Assembly: GCA_016716005.1 (NCBI GenBank)
Contig: JADJXE010000001.1
Location: forward strand, 3,440,521 to 3,504,520
Direction: 5' to 3'
Length of the DNA stretch: 64,000 bases
Source of the DNA: Acidimicrobiales bacterium
GTDB lineage: Bacteria > Actinomycetota > Acidimicrobiia > Acidimicrobiales > JADJXE01
In this document: positions 8,522-17,630 of the stretch, piece after piece
Layout of the letters: every line of letters begins with the position of its first letter
Numbering within the stretch: the stretch's first letter is position 1
Made by a program: the position numbers and the translations under genes
Notes under the pieces: model-generated
Database searches by the model: none
Told to the model about the DNA's origin: nothing
The model's input: only the letters and a program-made list of their open reading frames with translations

Positions 8522-9703
8522 GTGCCGGCCCGTCCGGGCGGCCGGCCCGGAGCGGCGTGCGACCATGGGCCGGTGGACGCCGCCACGCTCGCCTCCGAGG
8601 TGACCGACGCCGGCCGGGCCGCCGGGCTGGGCGCGGTCGGCATCGCGTCGGCCGAGCCCTTCACGGCGACCCGCCGCACCCTCGAGGAGCGTCGCGCCGC
8701 CGGGCTGCACGGCGGGATGGCGTTCACCTACCGCAACCCGGCCCGCGCCACCGACCCGTCGGCCACCCTGCCGGGCGCCCGGTCGCTGGTCGTCGGGGCG
8801 TGGGCTTACGACGTGCCGCTGCCGGCCCGCCCGGCCGCGGGCGGGGCCTGGGCGCGGGTGGCCCGCTACGCCTGGCACGACCACTACGGGGCCCTGCGGG
8901 GGGCGCTCGACGTGGTCGCCGGGGTGCTGCGCGGGCATGGCCACCGGGCCCGCGTGCTGGTCGACGACAACGCCCTCGTCGACCGGGCGGCCGCCCACCG
9001 GGCCGGCCTGGGCTGGTTCGGCAAGAGCGCCAACCTGCTGCTCCCGGGCCGGGGCTCGTGGTTCGTGCTCGGGTCGGTGCTGACCGATGCCGAGCTCCCC
9101 GTTGCGGCCGCGCCGGTGGCCGACGGCTGCGGGCCCTGCCGGCGGTGCCTCGACGCCTGCCCGACGGGCGCCATCGTCGCTCCCGGGGTGGTCGACGCCC
9201 GCCGGTGCCTGGCCTGGCTGCTGCAGGCCGACGGCCCCTTCCCGCGTCAGCACCGGGCGGCGCTGGGCGACCGCATCTACGGGTGCGACGACTGCCAGGA
9301 GGTGTGCCCCCCGTCGGTGCGGGCCGAGCGGGCCGGCGCGGACCGCACCCGGCCCACGGGCGTTGGGGCGGCATGGGTCGAGCTGGTCGACCTGCTCGCC
9401 GCCTCCGACGAGGAGCTGCTGGCGCGCCACGGCCGGTGGTACGTGCCGCGGCGCCAGCCCCGGTACCTGCGGCGCAACGCGCTGGTCGCCCTGGGCGCGT
9501 CGGCGGCGGGTGGCGACCCGCTGGTGGCCGGCGCGCTGCGCGCCGCGCTGGCCGACGCCGACCAGCTCGTGCGCGCCCACGCGGTGTGGGCCGCGGCCCG
9601 GCTCGGCCGCGGGGACCTGCTCCGGGCGATGGCGGCCGACCCCGACCCGGACGTGCGGGCCGAGCTCGCGGCCGCGGGCCGGGCCACCGGGGCCGCCCCG
9701 TGA
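8522..9703 (+). CDS. queG: epoxyqueuosine reductase
   Basis: GLGWFGKSANLLLPGRGSWFVLGSVLTD. Fe-S motifs CGPCRRCLDACPTGA and CDDCQEVCPP. C-terminal HEAT-like repeats. The start could be GTG 8573 instead. Confidence 0.85.
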   Translation: MPARPGGRPGAACDHGPVDAATLASEVTDAGRAAGLGAVGIASAEPFTATRRTLEERRAAGLHGGMAFTYRNPARATDPSATLPGARSLVVGAWAYDVPLPARPAAGGAWARVARYAWHDHYGALRGALDVVAGVLRGHGHRARVLVDDNALVDRAAAHRAGLGWFGKSANLLLPGRGSWFVLGSVLTDAELPVAAAPVADGCGPCRRCLDACPTGAIVAPGVVDARRCLAWLLQADGPFPRQHRAALGDRIYGCDDCQEVCPPSVRAERAGADRTRPTGVGAAWVELVDLLAASDEELLARHGRWYVPRRQPRYLRRNALVALGASAAGGDPLVAGALRAALADADQLVRAHAVWAAARLGRGDLLRAMAADPDPDVRAELAAAGRATGAAP

Positions 9704-10821
9704 GCCACCTGCTCGTCACCAACGACTTCCCGCCCAAGCACGGGGGGATCCAGAGCTACCTGTGGGAGCTCTGGCGGCGCCTGCCGTCGGGTGAGGTCAC
9801 GGTGCTCACCACGCCGTACGCCGGCGCGGCGGTGTGGGACCGCGACCAGCCCTTCGCGGTGGCGCGCACCCGCGAGCCCGTGCTCGTGCCCACCCCCGGG
9901 CTGGCCCGGCGCATCGACCGCCTCGCCGACCGGGTGGGCGCGTCGCTCGTGCTGCTCGACCCGGCCCTGCCGCTCGGGCTGGTGGGCCCGGCGCTGCGCC
10001 ACCCCTACGGCCTCGTCCTCCACGGCGCCGAGGTCACGGTGCCGCGCCGCCTGCCCGGCACCCGGCTCGTGCTGCGACACGTGTTGCGGGGGGCTCGCCT
10101 GGTGGTGGCCGCCGGCGGCTACCCCGCGGCCGAGGCCGAGCGGGCCGCCGGCTGCCCGCTGCCGGTCGTGGTGGTGCCGCCGGGGGTCGACGTCGAGCGC
10201 TTCCGCCCGCTCGACCCGGCCGAGCGGCGGGCGGCCAGGGTCGGCGCCGGCCTCCCTCCCGAGGGGCCCCTGGTGACGAGCGTGAGCCGCCTGGTGCCCC
10301 GCAAGGGCATGGACGTGCTGATCGAGGCAGCCGCCCGGTTGGGCCGAGCCCGGCCCGACCTGGTGGTCGCCATCGCGGGAGGCGGCCGGGACCGCGGGCG
10401 CCTCGAGCGGCTCGTCGCTCGCACGGGGGCGCCGGTGCGCTTCCTCGGGCGGGTCCCCGACGAGCAGCTGCCGGCCGTCTACGGCGCCGGCGACGTGTTC
10501 GCCATGCTGTGCCGCAACCGGTGGGCCGGCCTGGAGCAGGAGGGCTTCGGGATCGTGTTCCTCGAGGCCGCGGCCTGCGGCGTGCCCCAGGTCGCAGGGT
10601 CGAGCGGGGGTGCGGCCGAGGCCGTGGAGCACGGGGTCACCGGGCTGGTGGTCGACGAGCCCGGCCGCGTGGAGCGGGTGGCCGTCGCCCTCGCCTCCGT
10701 GCTCGACGACCCGGATCGGCGGGACCGCCTCGGCCGTGCCGCTCGCCTCCGGGTCGAGCGCGCCTTCTCGTACGACGGGCTGGCGCAGCGGCTGGCCGAG
10801 GCGTTGGCAGCCGTCCCCTGA
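9700..10821 (+). CDS. GT4-family glycosyltransferase (PimB-like mannosyltransferase candidate)
   Basis: GTG 9700 overlaps the queG stop (GTGA). EQEGFGIVFLEAAACGVPQVAGSSGGAAEAV is the GT4 E-x7-E region. Synteny with SRPBCC resembles the mycobacterial pimB neighbourhood. Confidence 0.8.
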   Translation: MSHLLVTNDFPPKHGGIQSYLWELWRRLPSGEVTVLTTPYAGAAVWDRDQPFAVARTREPVLVPTPGLARRIDRLADRVGASLVLLDPALPLGLVGPALRHPYGLVLHGAEVTVPRRLPGTRLVLRHVLRGARLVVAAGGYPAAEAERAAGCPLPVVVVPPGVDVERFRPLDPAERRAARVGAGLPPEGPLVTSVSRLVPRKGMDVLIEAAARLGRARPDLVVAIAGGGRDRGRLERLVARTGAPVRFLGRVPDEQLPAVYGAGDVFAMLCRNRWAGLEQEGFGIVFLEAAACGVPQVAGSSGGAAEAVEHGVTGLVVDEPGRVERVAVALASVLDDPDRRDRLGRAARLRVERAFSYDGLAQRLAEALAAVP

Positions 10822-10874
10822 CCGGCGCCGACCTTCCCGGCCCGGCTTCCACCGGCGGCCCGCCGGCTGAGAAG

Positions 10875-11405
10875 ATGGGTCCCGTGGCCCTGGCCGATCC
10901 CCATCCGAGCGCCGCGCCGCCCGGCCGCCCGCCGCTGGCCGCGCTGGCGGGCCGCGGCCGCGGCATCGTGCGCGCATCCTGGGCCGGGACGGCCGTGTTC
11001 ACGCTCACGGCGGTGGCGGCTGCCATCGCCCCGGGGGCCCTCACCGCCGTCGCCGTCGCCGTCGCCCTGGCCCTCTTCGCGGCCGGCTGCGTGGTCTTCC
11101 TGTGGGCCTACGCCATCGCGGTGGGTCGGAGCCGCACCGACGCCATCGGCATCGGTGGCCTCTTCTTCCTGGCCGGCAGCGCACCCCGGGCGGCGCAGCT
11201 GCACCTGATGGGCTCGTTCGGCGTCGAGGTGGTGGTGGCCCTGACCACCGCCGCACTGCGCCCCTTCACGGGCCTGGCCTTCGGCACCCTCGTCCCGGTC
11301 TTCGGTCTCGGTCTGGCCGGGCTCTGGGGGGCACGCCACGGCACGTTCGGGCCCCGCGCCGCGCCGGCGCAGGTGCCGGCGCCGGCCTCGGCCGAGGACG
11401 GCTGA
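10875..11405 (+). CDS. hypothetical integral membrane protein
   Basis: ATG 10875. 176 aa with about four hydrophobic helices (AVFTLTAVAAAIAPGAL..., GIGGLFFLAG..., FGTLVPVFGLGLAGLWG). Confidence 0.6.
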   Translation: MGPVALADPHPSAAPPGRPPLAALAGRGRGIVRASWAGTAVFTLTAVAAAIAPGALTAVAVAVALALFAAGCVVFLWAYAIAVGRSRTDAIGIGGLFFLAGSAPRAAQLHLMGSFGVEVVVALTTAALRPFTGLAFGTLVPVFGLGLAGLWGARHGTFGPRAAPAQVPAPASAEDG

Positions 11406-11486
11406 GCCGGTGGTGCGACGCAGGGTGCCGCGAACGCGCGCACAATCTCTCCGGCCCGGACCCCACCGGCCGAGGGAGAGGTCCCG

Positions 11487-11930
11487 ATGACCGACCAGGC
11501 GACCCTGCGCACCACGATCGACGCCGCGCCCGAGCGCTGCTTCGCGGTCGCCGTCGACCTGGAGCGCTACCCGACGTGGGCGCGCGACGTGAAGCAGGTC
11601 GCGGTGCTGGCCCGGGACGAGGCCGGCCGCCCGCTCGACGTCGAGTTCCGGGCGGCCGCCATGGGGCGGAGCACGCGGTACGTGCTGCGGTACGACTACG
11701 CCGAGGCGCCCCGCCGCCTGAGCTGGCGGCTCCTCGAGGGCGACATCATGGGCCGCCTCGACGGCACGTACCAGTTCGACCCGGCCGCGGGCCGGCCCGA
11801 CGCCACCGACGTCACCTACCACCTGGTGGTCGAGCTCGTCACCCCCCTGCCGGCGTTCGTGAAGCGCCGGGCCGAGGCCCGGATCGTGAACACCGCGCTG
11901 CGCGAGCTCAGGGCGCAGGCGGAGGCCTGA
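11487..11930 (+). CDS. SRPBCC (START/cyclase-dehydrase) family protein
   Basis: 147 aa: IDAAPERCFAVAVDLERYPTWARDVK...RYVLRYDY...LDGTYQFD. This is the typical polyketide_cyc2-like layout. Confidence 0.8.
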   Translation: MTDQATLRTTIDAAPERCFAVAVDLERYPTWARDVKQVAVLARDEAGRPLDVEFRAAAMGRSTRYVLRYDYAEAPRRLSWRLLEGDIMGRLDGTYQFDPAAGRPDATDVTYHLVVELVTPLPAFVKRRAEARIVNTALRELRAQAEA

Positions 11931-11933
11931 CCC

Positions 11934-12266
11934 GTGACCACTCCCGGCACCGACGAGCCCGGTGACCGGCCGGGGGCCGCCGTCGCCCAGTGGGTGGCGA
12001 TGGAGGTCATCGCCGCGGCCCGCGGCGTGCTCGACGCGGCCGAGCAGCTGGTGCGCGACCCGGAGCAGGCGGCCCGCCTGGCCGCGGTGCTCCCCGACCT
12101 GGTGCGCTCGGGCATGCAGGTGATCGCCGGGATGGCGGCCCCTCCTGCGTCGCCGGCCGCCGCTGGGGCTCAACCTTCCGCCCAGCCGGCCGACGGGACC
12201 GGGGAGGTCGACGGCCCACCGGACGCGCCACCCGGGGGTGCCGGCGCACCCTCGGCCGCGGGCTGA
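11934..12266 (+). CDS. hypothetical protein
   Basis: GTG 11934 lies 3 nt after the SRPBCC stop, suggesting coupling. 110 aa, with a helical N-terminal half and a P/A/G-rich tail. Confidence 0.5.
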   Translation: MTTPGTDEPGDRPGAAVAQWVAMEVIAAARGVLDAAEQLVRDPEQAARLAAVLPDLVRSGMQVIAGMAAPPASPAAAGAQPSAQPADGTGEVDGPPDAPPGGAGAPSAAG

Positions 12267-12343
12267 CCGGCCCCGGTCTCGGCTGCGGGCAGGCGGTACC
12301 CTGCGGGGGCCGGCCCGGCCCCGGTGGCGACGAGGTCGATGAC

Positions 12344-14710
12344 ATGAGGCTGCTCGAACTGCGTGCACCCGGCGACCCGCCGCTCCTCGTGCCGCTCCAC
12401 CCCCGTGTCACCGTGGTGACCGGGCTCACGCCAGCCGAGCGCGCTCGGCTGGTGGACGCCCTCGACACCCTGCGCACGACCCGTGGGGCGGGGCTGGGCG
12501 GGGTGGTCGAGGCCCACGGTGTGCTGTTCGACCTGGCGCCCGTCACGCTCGACCTGCTCGACGTCCCCGCCGACCTCGACCTGGTCGTGCGGGCCGGCGA
12601 GCTGCCCGGAGCGGTCGACGCCGAGCGCGACCGGGCCCGCGCCGCGCTCGAGCGGGAGGTGGCCGAGGCCGTCGCCCGCCAGGAGCGGGCCCGGGGTGCG
12701 CTGGACGAGGCGGGCGAGGCCCGTCGCGCCGCCGAGGCCGCAGCAGCCGCCCCCCCACCGTCCCCGGGAGCCACGGGTCGGGCCGCCGAGGCGGCCTCGG
12801 CGGCGCTGGCGGGTCTGCGCGCCCAGCTCGAGCGCTGCCGGGCCGATCGGGCCAGGGCCGAGGCCTCCCTGCTGGGTGCCGAGCCCCCCGCCGACGATCC
12901 CGCCGCCGCCCGCGCCGCCCTCGTGCAGGCCGAGGCCGACGTCACCAGGCTCGAGGCGGAGCTGGCCGAGGCCCGCCGCGAGCTGGCCGCGCACGACGAC
13001 GCCGCGCTCGCCGCGCCCGGGCCCGGGCCCGGCCCCGGTGAGCCGGCGGCCGCGACCGGGGCCGAGCTGGAGACCGAGCGCGGCGCCGTCGCCGCGGAGC
13101 TCGAGCGGGCCCGCTCCGCCGAGGCCGCGTCCGGGCCGGTCCGCGAGGCCCTCGACGCGGTGCTGGGCGCGCGGAGCGGCCCCGACCCGGTGGCGGTCGC
13201 GGAGCTGGCCGAGGAGTGGCGGCAGCTGCTCGAGGCGGGCGATGGCGAAGCCGCCGATGTCGATCCGTCGGCCAGGCTCGAGGCGGCCCGGGCCCGTGCG
13301 GCCACGGCCGCCGGCGACGTGGCCGCCCTGGAGGGCGAGGTCCGCCCGGCCCGCATGACCGTTGAGGAGCGAGCCGCCCTCGACCAGGCCCACGAGGCCG
13401 TCATCGTCGCCCAGGAGCGGGTCGACCGCAGCCTGGTGAAGGGTCGTCCCCGGCGCGAGCTGGAGGAGGTCCGGCGCGTCGAGCAGGAGCTGCTGTCGCG
13501 GTTCGGCTTCGGGTCGTACAGCGACTACCTGCTCAGCGGGTCCATGGTGCAGACCGATCCCGCCGCCGAGTTCCGCCTGGCGACGGCCAAGGGCGAGCTG
13601 GCCTCGGCCCAGGAGGAGCTGGACGCCCTGCTGGCCGGGCCGGCGCCGGGCGGCGAGCTCGCCCGGTGGCGGGCCGACCTCGAGGCCCGGACCGCGGCGC
13701 TGCTCGGTCACGACCCCGGCCCGGATCCCCTGGCAGCGCTGACCGACACCCGCCGGTCGCTCGAGCAGCACGAGGCCGAGCTGGCCGACACGCTCCGCCG
13801 GGCCGGCGCCGGCCCGTCCGACGGCGACCCGGTGGCTGCGGCCAGGCTCTGGCTGGGCGAGCGTGACGCGGCCCGCTCCGTGACAGAGCTCGAGGCCGAG
13901 CTGGCGGCCCTCGACCGGCGGGCCGCAGCGCCCCCACCCGCGCCCGTGGCCGGCCCTTCGCCCGACGAGCAGGCGCGGGCCGCCCTGGTCACCCGGATCG
14001 CCGCCCTCGAGGTCTCGCTGGACGAGCAAGAGGCGGTGCGGCGCGAGCTGGCGGCGCGCGTCGGCCGGCCCGACCGGTCGGGCTGGGGCCCGAACGTGGT
14101 GCCGGGCCCGTGGGTGACGGGTGGGCCACCCGGGCCCCCGCCCGCAGAGCCGGCGGCAGCCGACGAGCGGATCGCCGCGCTCCAGGCTGCGGTGGCCGCC
14201 GAGGCCGAGGCGACGGCCACGCTGCGCGCCGCCGAAGCCGATCTGGCGCCCCTCGCCGGAGCAGCTGCCGCCGGCTCGCCCGGCCGGGCGGCGGGCGAGC
14301 GGTCCGATCCCGCAGCCGAGCTGGCGGCGGCGCTGGCGGCCGAGGCCGGTGCGGCGCGGGTGCTGGCCGATGTCGCAGCCGTGCGCCGGGCGGTGGAGGC
14401 GCAGCTGGAGGAGCTGCGCTCGCTCCCCGCGGAGGTCGAGCCGGTCGAGGCGGAGGACATCGAGTACTACCTGCTGACGCGCCTCGCAGGGCAGCGGGGG
14501 GTGTCGTACGCCGGCTCCGCCCCGCTGGTGATCGACGACATCCTCGGCGTGCTCGACGCCGTGGACGTGGTTCGGGTGCTCGACCGGCTCGAGCGGATGG
14601 CCGACTCGGTGCAGCTCGTCCTGCTGAGCGACCGCCCCGAGCTGGTGGGATGGGCCAAGCGGCTCCCGGCCGACCGGGCCGCGCTGGTCGCGGTGCGGGC
14701 GGCGGCCTAG
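12344..14710 (+). CDS. SMC/RecF-like coiled-coil protein with a degenerate ATPase head
   Basis: Starts at ATG 12344. The N-terminus MRLLELRAPG...RVTVVTGLTPAERARLVDAL is an SMC-type head start without a P-loop. About 600 aa of A/E/R/L coiled coil follow. The C-terminus ...APLVIDDILGVLDAVDVVRVLDRLERMADSVQLVLLSD is Walker-B-like. Confidence 0.7.
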   Translation: MRLLELRAPGDPPLLVPLHPRVTVVTGLTPAERARLVDALDTLRTTRGAGLGGVVEAHGVLFDLAPVTLDLLDVPADLDLVVRAGELPGAVDAERDRARAALEREVAEAVARQERARGALDEAGEARRAAEAAAAAPPPSPGATGRAAEAASAALAGLRAQLERCRADRARAEASLLGAEPPADDPAAARAALVQAEADVTRLEAELAEARRELAAHDDAALAAPGPGPGPGEPAAATGAELETERGAVAAELERARSAEAASGPVREALDAVLGARSGPDPVAVAELAEEWRQLLEAGDGEAADVDPSARLEAARARAATAAGDVAALEGEVRPARMTVEERAALDQAHEAVIVAQERVDRSLVKGRPRRELEEVRRVEQELLSRFGFGSYSDYLLSGSMVQTDPAAEFRLATAKGELASAQEELDALLAGPAPGGELARWRADLEARTAALLGHDPGPDPLAALTDTRRSLEQHEAELADTLRRAGAGPSDGDPVAAARLWLGERDAARSVTELEAELAALDRRAAAPPPAPVAGPSPDEQARAALVTRIAALEVSLDEQEAVRRELAARVGRPDRSGWGPNVVPGPWVTGGPPGPPPAEPAAADERIAALQAAVAAEAEATATLRAAEADLAPLAGAAAAGSPGRAAGERSDPAAELAAALAAEAGAARVLADVAAVRRAVEAQLEELRSLPAEVEPVEAEDIEYYLLTRLAGQRGVSYAGSAPLVIDDILGVLDAVDVVRVLDRLERMADSVQLVLLSDRPELVGWAKRLPADRAALVAVRAAA

Positions 14711-15408
14711 TGCTCCCGCTCGAGGTGCGGGCCAGCGCCGACGCCGCATCGTTGGCCGCCGCCGCCGCCCACCTGCTGGCCGTCGAGCTCCGCGGTGCCG
14801 TGGCTGCGCGCGGGCAGGCGACGATGGCCGTGAGCGGCGGCACCACGCCCTGGGCGATGCTGGCCGAGCTGGTCCGGTGCGAGGTGCCCTGGGAGGCCGT
14901 CCACCTGTTCCAGGTCGACGAGCGCGTCGCCCCCGACGGCGACGCCGATCGGAACCTGACCGCCCTGCAGTCGGCGCTGCTCGACCGGGCGCCGATCCCG
15001 CCCGAGCACGTGCACCCCATGCCCGTCACCAGCCCCGATCTGCGGGCCGCGGCGGCGGCCTACGCCGACGAGCTCGCCGCCGTGTGTGGCGAGGGCGGCG
15101 CGCTCGACGTCGTCCACCTCGGCCTGGGCGACGACGGGCACACCGCGTCGTGGCCTCCCGGCGATCCCGTGATCGACGTGACCGACGCCGACGTCGCCGT
15201 CGTCGGGCCCTACCGGGGTCACCTGCGCCTCACCCTCACGCTGCCGGTGGTGAATCGGGCCGTCCGGGTGCTCTGGCTGGTGAGCGGGGCGGCCAAGGTG
15301 CCCGCCCTGCGGGGGCTGCTCGACGGCGACCTCGCCCTGCCGGCCGCGCACGTGCGGCGGGCCGCCGCCGTCGTGCTCGCCGATCGTGACGCGCTGGGCG
15401 AGCCCTGA
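14710..15408 (+). CDS. pgl: 6-phosphogluconolactonase
   Basis: GTG 14710 overlaps the previous TAG. MAVSGGTTP, FQVDERV and LGLGDDGHTASWPPGD are Pgl/DevB signatures. Confidence 0.85.
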   Translation: MLPLEVRASADAASLAAAAAHLLAVELRGAVAARGQATMAVSGGTTPWAMLAELVRCEVPWEAVHLFQVDERVAPDGDADRNLTALQSALLDRAPIPPEHVHPMPVTSPDLRAAAAAYADELAAVCGEGGALDVVHLGLGDDGHTASWPPGDPVIDVTDADVAVVGPYRGHLRLTLTLPVVNRAVRVLWLVSGAAKVPALRGLLDGDLALPAAHVRRAAAVVLADRDALGEP

Positions 15409-15537
15409 GCGGACGCGAGATCACGGTCGAGCGATCGGGGCGTCAGGCGTACGATGCAATCGGGGCCCGGGGACCCACCGGTCGCCGATCCCCGTCGAGG
15501 GCTCCGGGCCGCGCCGCCCGGGGCGGAGGAGGGAGCC

Positions 15538-16659
15538 ATGCCCGTGATCAGCGAGGATGCGGTCCGCGAGCTCGCCTCTCTGAAGGGGGAGAACGGGCCG
15601 GTCACGTCGTGCTACCTCGACGTGGACGGCAGCCGGTACCTCGGGCACCACGACTACCAGCGTCAGCTCGACCTGATGCTGCGTCGGGTCCGCTCGAAGC
15701 CCGGTCTGGGGTCGGCGGTCGCCGCCGATCTCGACCGCATCGAGGCCCACGTCCGGCGCGGCGTCGAGCGGGCGCACGTGCGGGGGCTCGCGATCTTCGC
15801 CTGCTCGGCCGACGGGCTGTGGCGGGTGTTCGAGCTCCCCGTCCCCGTCTACAGCCAGATCGTGGTCAACCACAGCCCCTACGTGCGTCAGCTCGAGCTG
15901 CTCGTCGACGAGTACGAGCGCTTCGGGCTGCTGCTGGCCGACAAGCAGCGGGCGCGGATGTTCGTGTTCGAGCTGGGCGAGCTGATCGACCGCAGCGAGC
16001 TGCTCGACGAGCTGCCCCGCGAGTTCGACGACAACCGGGGGCACTTCTGGAAGACCCACCAGCAGAGCCAGCTCGACGAGGCGACCCTCCAGCACCTGCG
16101 GCACGCGGCCGCGGTGGCGTTCCACGTCTTCCAGGGGAACGGCGGGTTCGATCGCTTCCTGCTCGGCGGCACGCCAGAGGTCACCGGCGACCTCGAGCGC
16201 CTGCTCCACCCGTACCTCCGGGAGCGGCTCGTCGACCACGTGCAGGTGCCGGTGAACGCCTCCCTCGACCAGATCCGCAGGGCCGCCCACGAGGCCGAGG
16301 AGCGGGTCGAGCGCCGGCGGGAGGCGGAGCTCGTAGCTCGCCTGCGTGACGCCGCGGGAGCCGGCCGCAAGGGCGTCGCCGGCCTCGATGCCACGCTCAA
16401 GGCGCTGGTGCAGCGCCGTGTCGAGTACCTGCTCGTGTCGCAGGGCTTCACCGCTCCGGGCTGGCGCTGCGAGGCGTGCGGCCATCTCGGGATGTTGGGC
16501 CGCGCCTGCCCGGGCTGCGGCGAGCAGATGGCCCACGTGGAGGACGTGGTCGAGGAGGCCGTCGAGGAGGCGCTGGCCCAGCACTGCAAGCTCGAGATCT
16601 GCGTGGGCAACGCCGACCTCGACGTGCTCGGGCGCATCGGCGCCCTCCTGCGCTTCTAG
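15538..16659 (+). CDS. bacterial eRF1/Pelota/Vms1-like (baeRF) protein with a C-terminal Zn-ribbon insert
   Basis: ATG 15538 follows ggaggaggga. The N-terminal ...GPVTSCYLDVDG and the ~370-aa three-domain layout look like baeRF-type proteins, from memory. Contains CxxC-x9-CxxC (CEACGHLGMLGRACPGCG). Confidence 0.65.
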   Translation: MPVISEDAVRELASLKGENGPVTSCYLDVDGSRYLGHHDYQRQLDLMLRRVRSKPGLGSAVAADLDRIEAHVRRGVERAHVRGLAIFACSADGLWRVFELPVPVYSQIVVNHSPYVRQLELLVDEYERFGLLLADKQRARMFVFELGELIDRSELLDELPREFDDNRGHFWKTHQQSQLDEATLQHLRHAAAVAFHVFQGNGGFDRFLLGGTPEVTGDLERLLHPYLRERLVDHVQVPVNASLDQIRRAAHEAEERVERRREAELVARLRDAAGAGRKGVAGLDATLKALVQRRVEYLLVSQGFTAPGWRCEACGHLGMLGRACPGCGEQMAHVEDVVEEAVEEALAQHCKLEICVGNADLDVLGRIGALLRF

Positions 16660-16670
16660 CCAGCCACCCC

Positions 16671-17630
16671 GTGCCTGCGCGGGCGGTCCCCACCGCCGGG
16701 CTCGACGTCGGCGGCACGAAGTGCCTGGGCGTCCTGCTGGACGCGGACGACCGGGTGCTGGTCGAGCGCCGGGTCCCCACACCCCCCGGCATCGACGCGC
16801 TCCTCGATGCCCTCGCCGAGCTGGTGGAGGCCCTCACCGCCGGGGGCGGCCCGGCCGGCGCGGTGGGGGTCGGCCTGCCCGGCCTGGTCGACGGGTCGGG
16901 CTGCCTGCGGTTCGCCGCGCACCTGCCCGGCGTGGTCGACGTGCCGTTCACAGCGCTGCTCGGCCAGCGGCTAGGCGTGCCCGTGGTCACCGAGAACGAC
17001 GCCACCTGCGCCACGGCCGCCGAGTGGCGACTCGGCGCCGGCCGGGGCGTCGACGACCTCGTGCTCGTCACGCTGGGCACCGGGATCGGGGCCGGCCTCG
17101 TGGCCGGCGGCGCGGTGCAGATCGGCGCGCACGGGTTCGCCGGCGAGCCCGGCCACATGGTCGTCCAGGCCGACGGCCCCCCGTGCGACTGCGGGGGCCG
17201 CGGGCACTGGGAGGTGTTCGCCTCGGGTCGCGGCCTCGGCCGCCTGGGCCGCGACGCCGCCGAGGCCGGCCGGGCCGACGCGGTGCTGGCCGCGGCGGGC
17301 GGGGAGCCGGACGCGATCCGCGGCGAGCACGTGGTGGCCGCGGCCCGCGCCGGCGACGCCGGGGCGGCTGCGGTCATCGACCGCTTCAGCTGGTGGATCG
17401 CGCTGGGGCTGGCGAACCTGGCGGACGTGCTCGACCCCGCCCTCTTCGTGCTGGGCGGCGGGCTGGTGGCCGACGCCGATCTCCTGCTCGACCCCGTCCG
17501 CGCTCACTTCCACGGGCACGTGATGGCCCAGACGCACCGACCCGAGGCCCCCATCGTGGCCGCGACGCTCGGGGAGCGGGCCGGGGCGATCGGCGCGGCG
17601 ACGGAGGCCCGGCGGGCCCTGTCGCCCTAG
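16671..17630 (+). CDS. glk: ROK-family glucokinase
   Basis: GTG 16671. GLDVGGTKCLGV, ENDATCA, LGTGIGAG and the ROK Zn motif GHMVVQADGPPCDCGGRGHWE. Confidence 0.85.
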   Translation: MPARAVPTAGLDVGGTKCLGVLLDADDRVLVERRVPTPPGIDALLDALAELVEALTAGGGPAGAVGVGLPGLVDGSGCLRFAAHLPGVVDVPFTALLGQRLGVPVVTENDATCATAAEWRLGAGRGVDDLVLVTLGTGIGAGLVAGGAVQIGAHGFAGEPGHMVVQADGPPCDCGGRGHWEVFASGRGLGRLGRDAAEAGRADAVLAAAGGEPDAIRGEHVVAAARAGDAGAAAVIDRFSWWIALGLANLADVLDPALFVLGGGLVADADLLLDPVRAHFHGHVMAQTHRPEAPIVAATLGERAGAIGAATEARRALSP

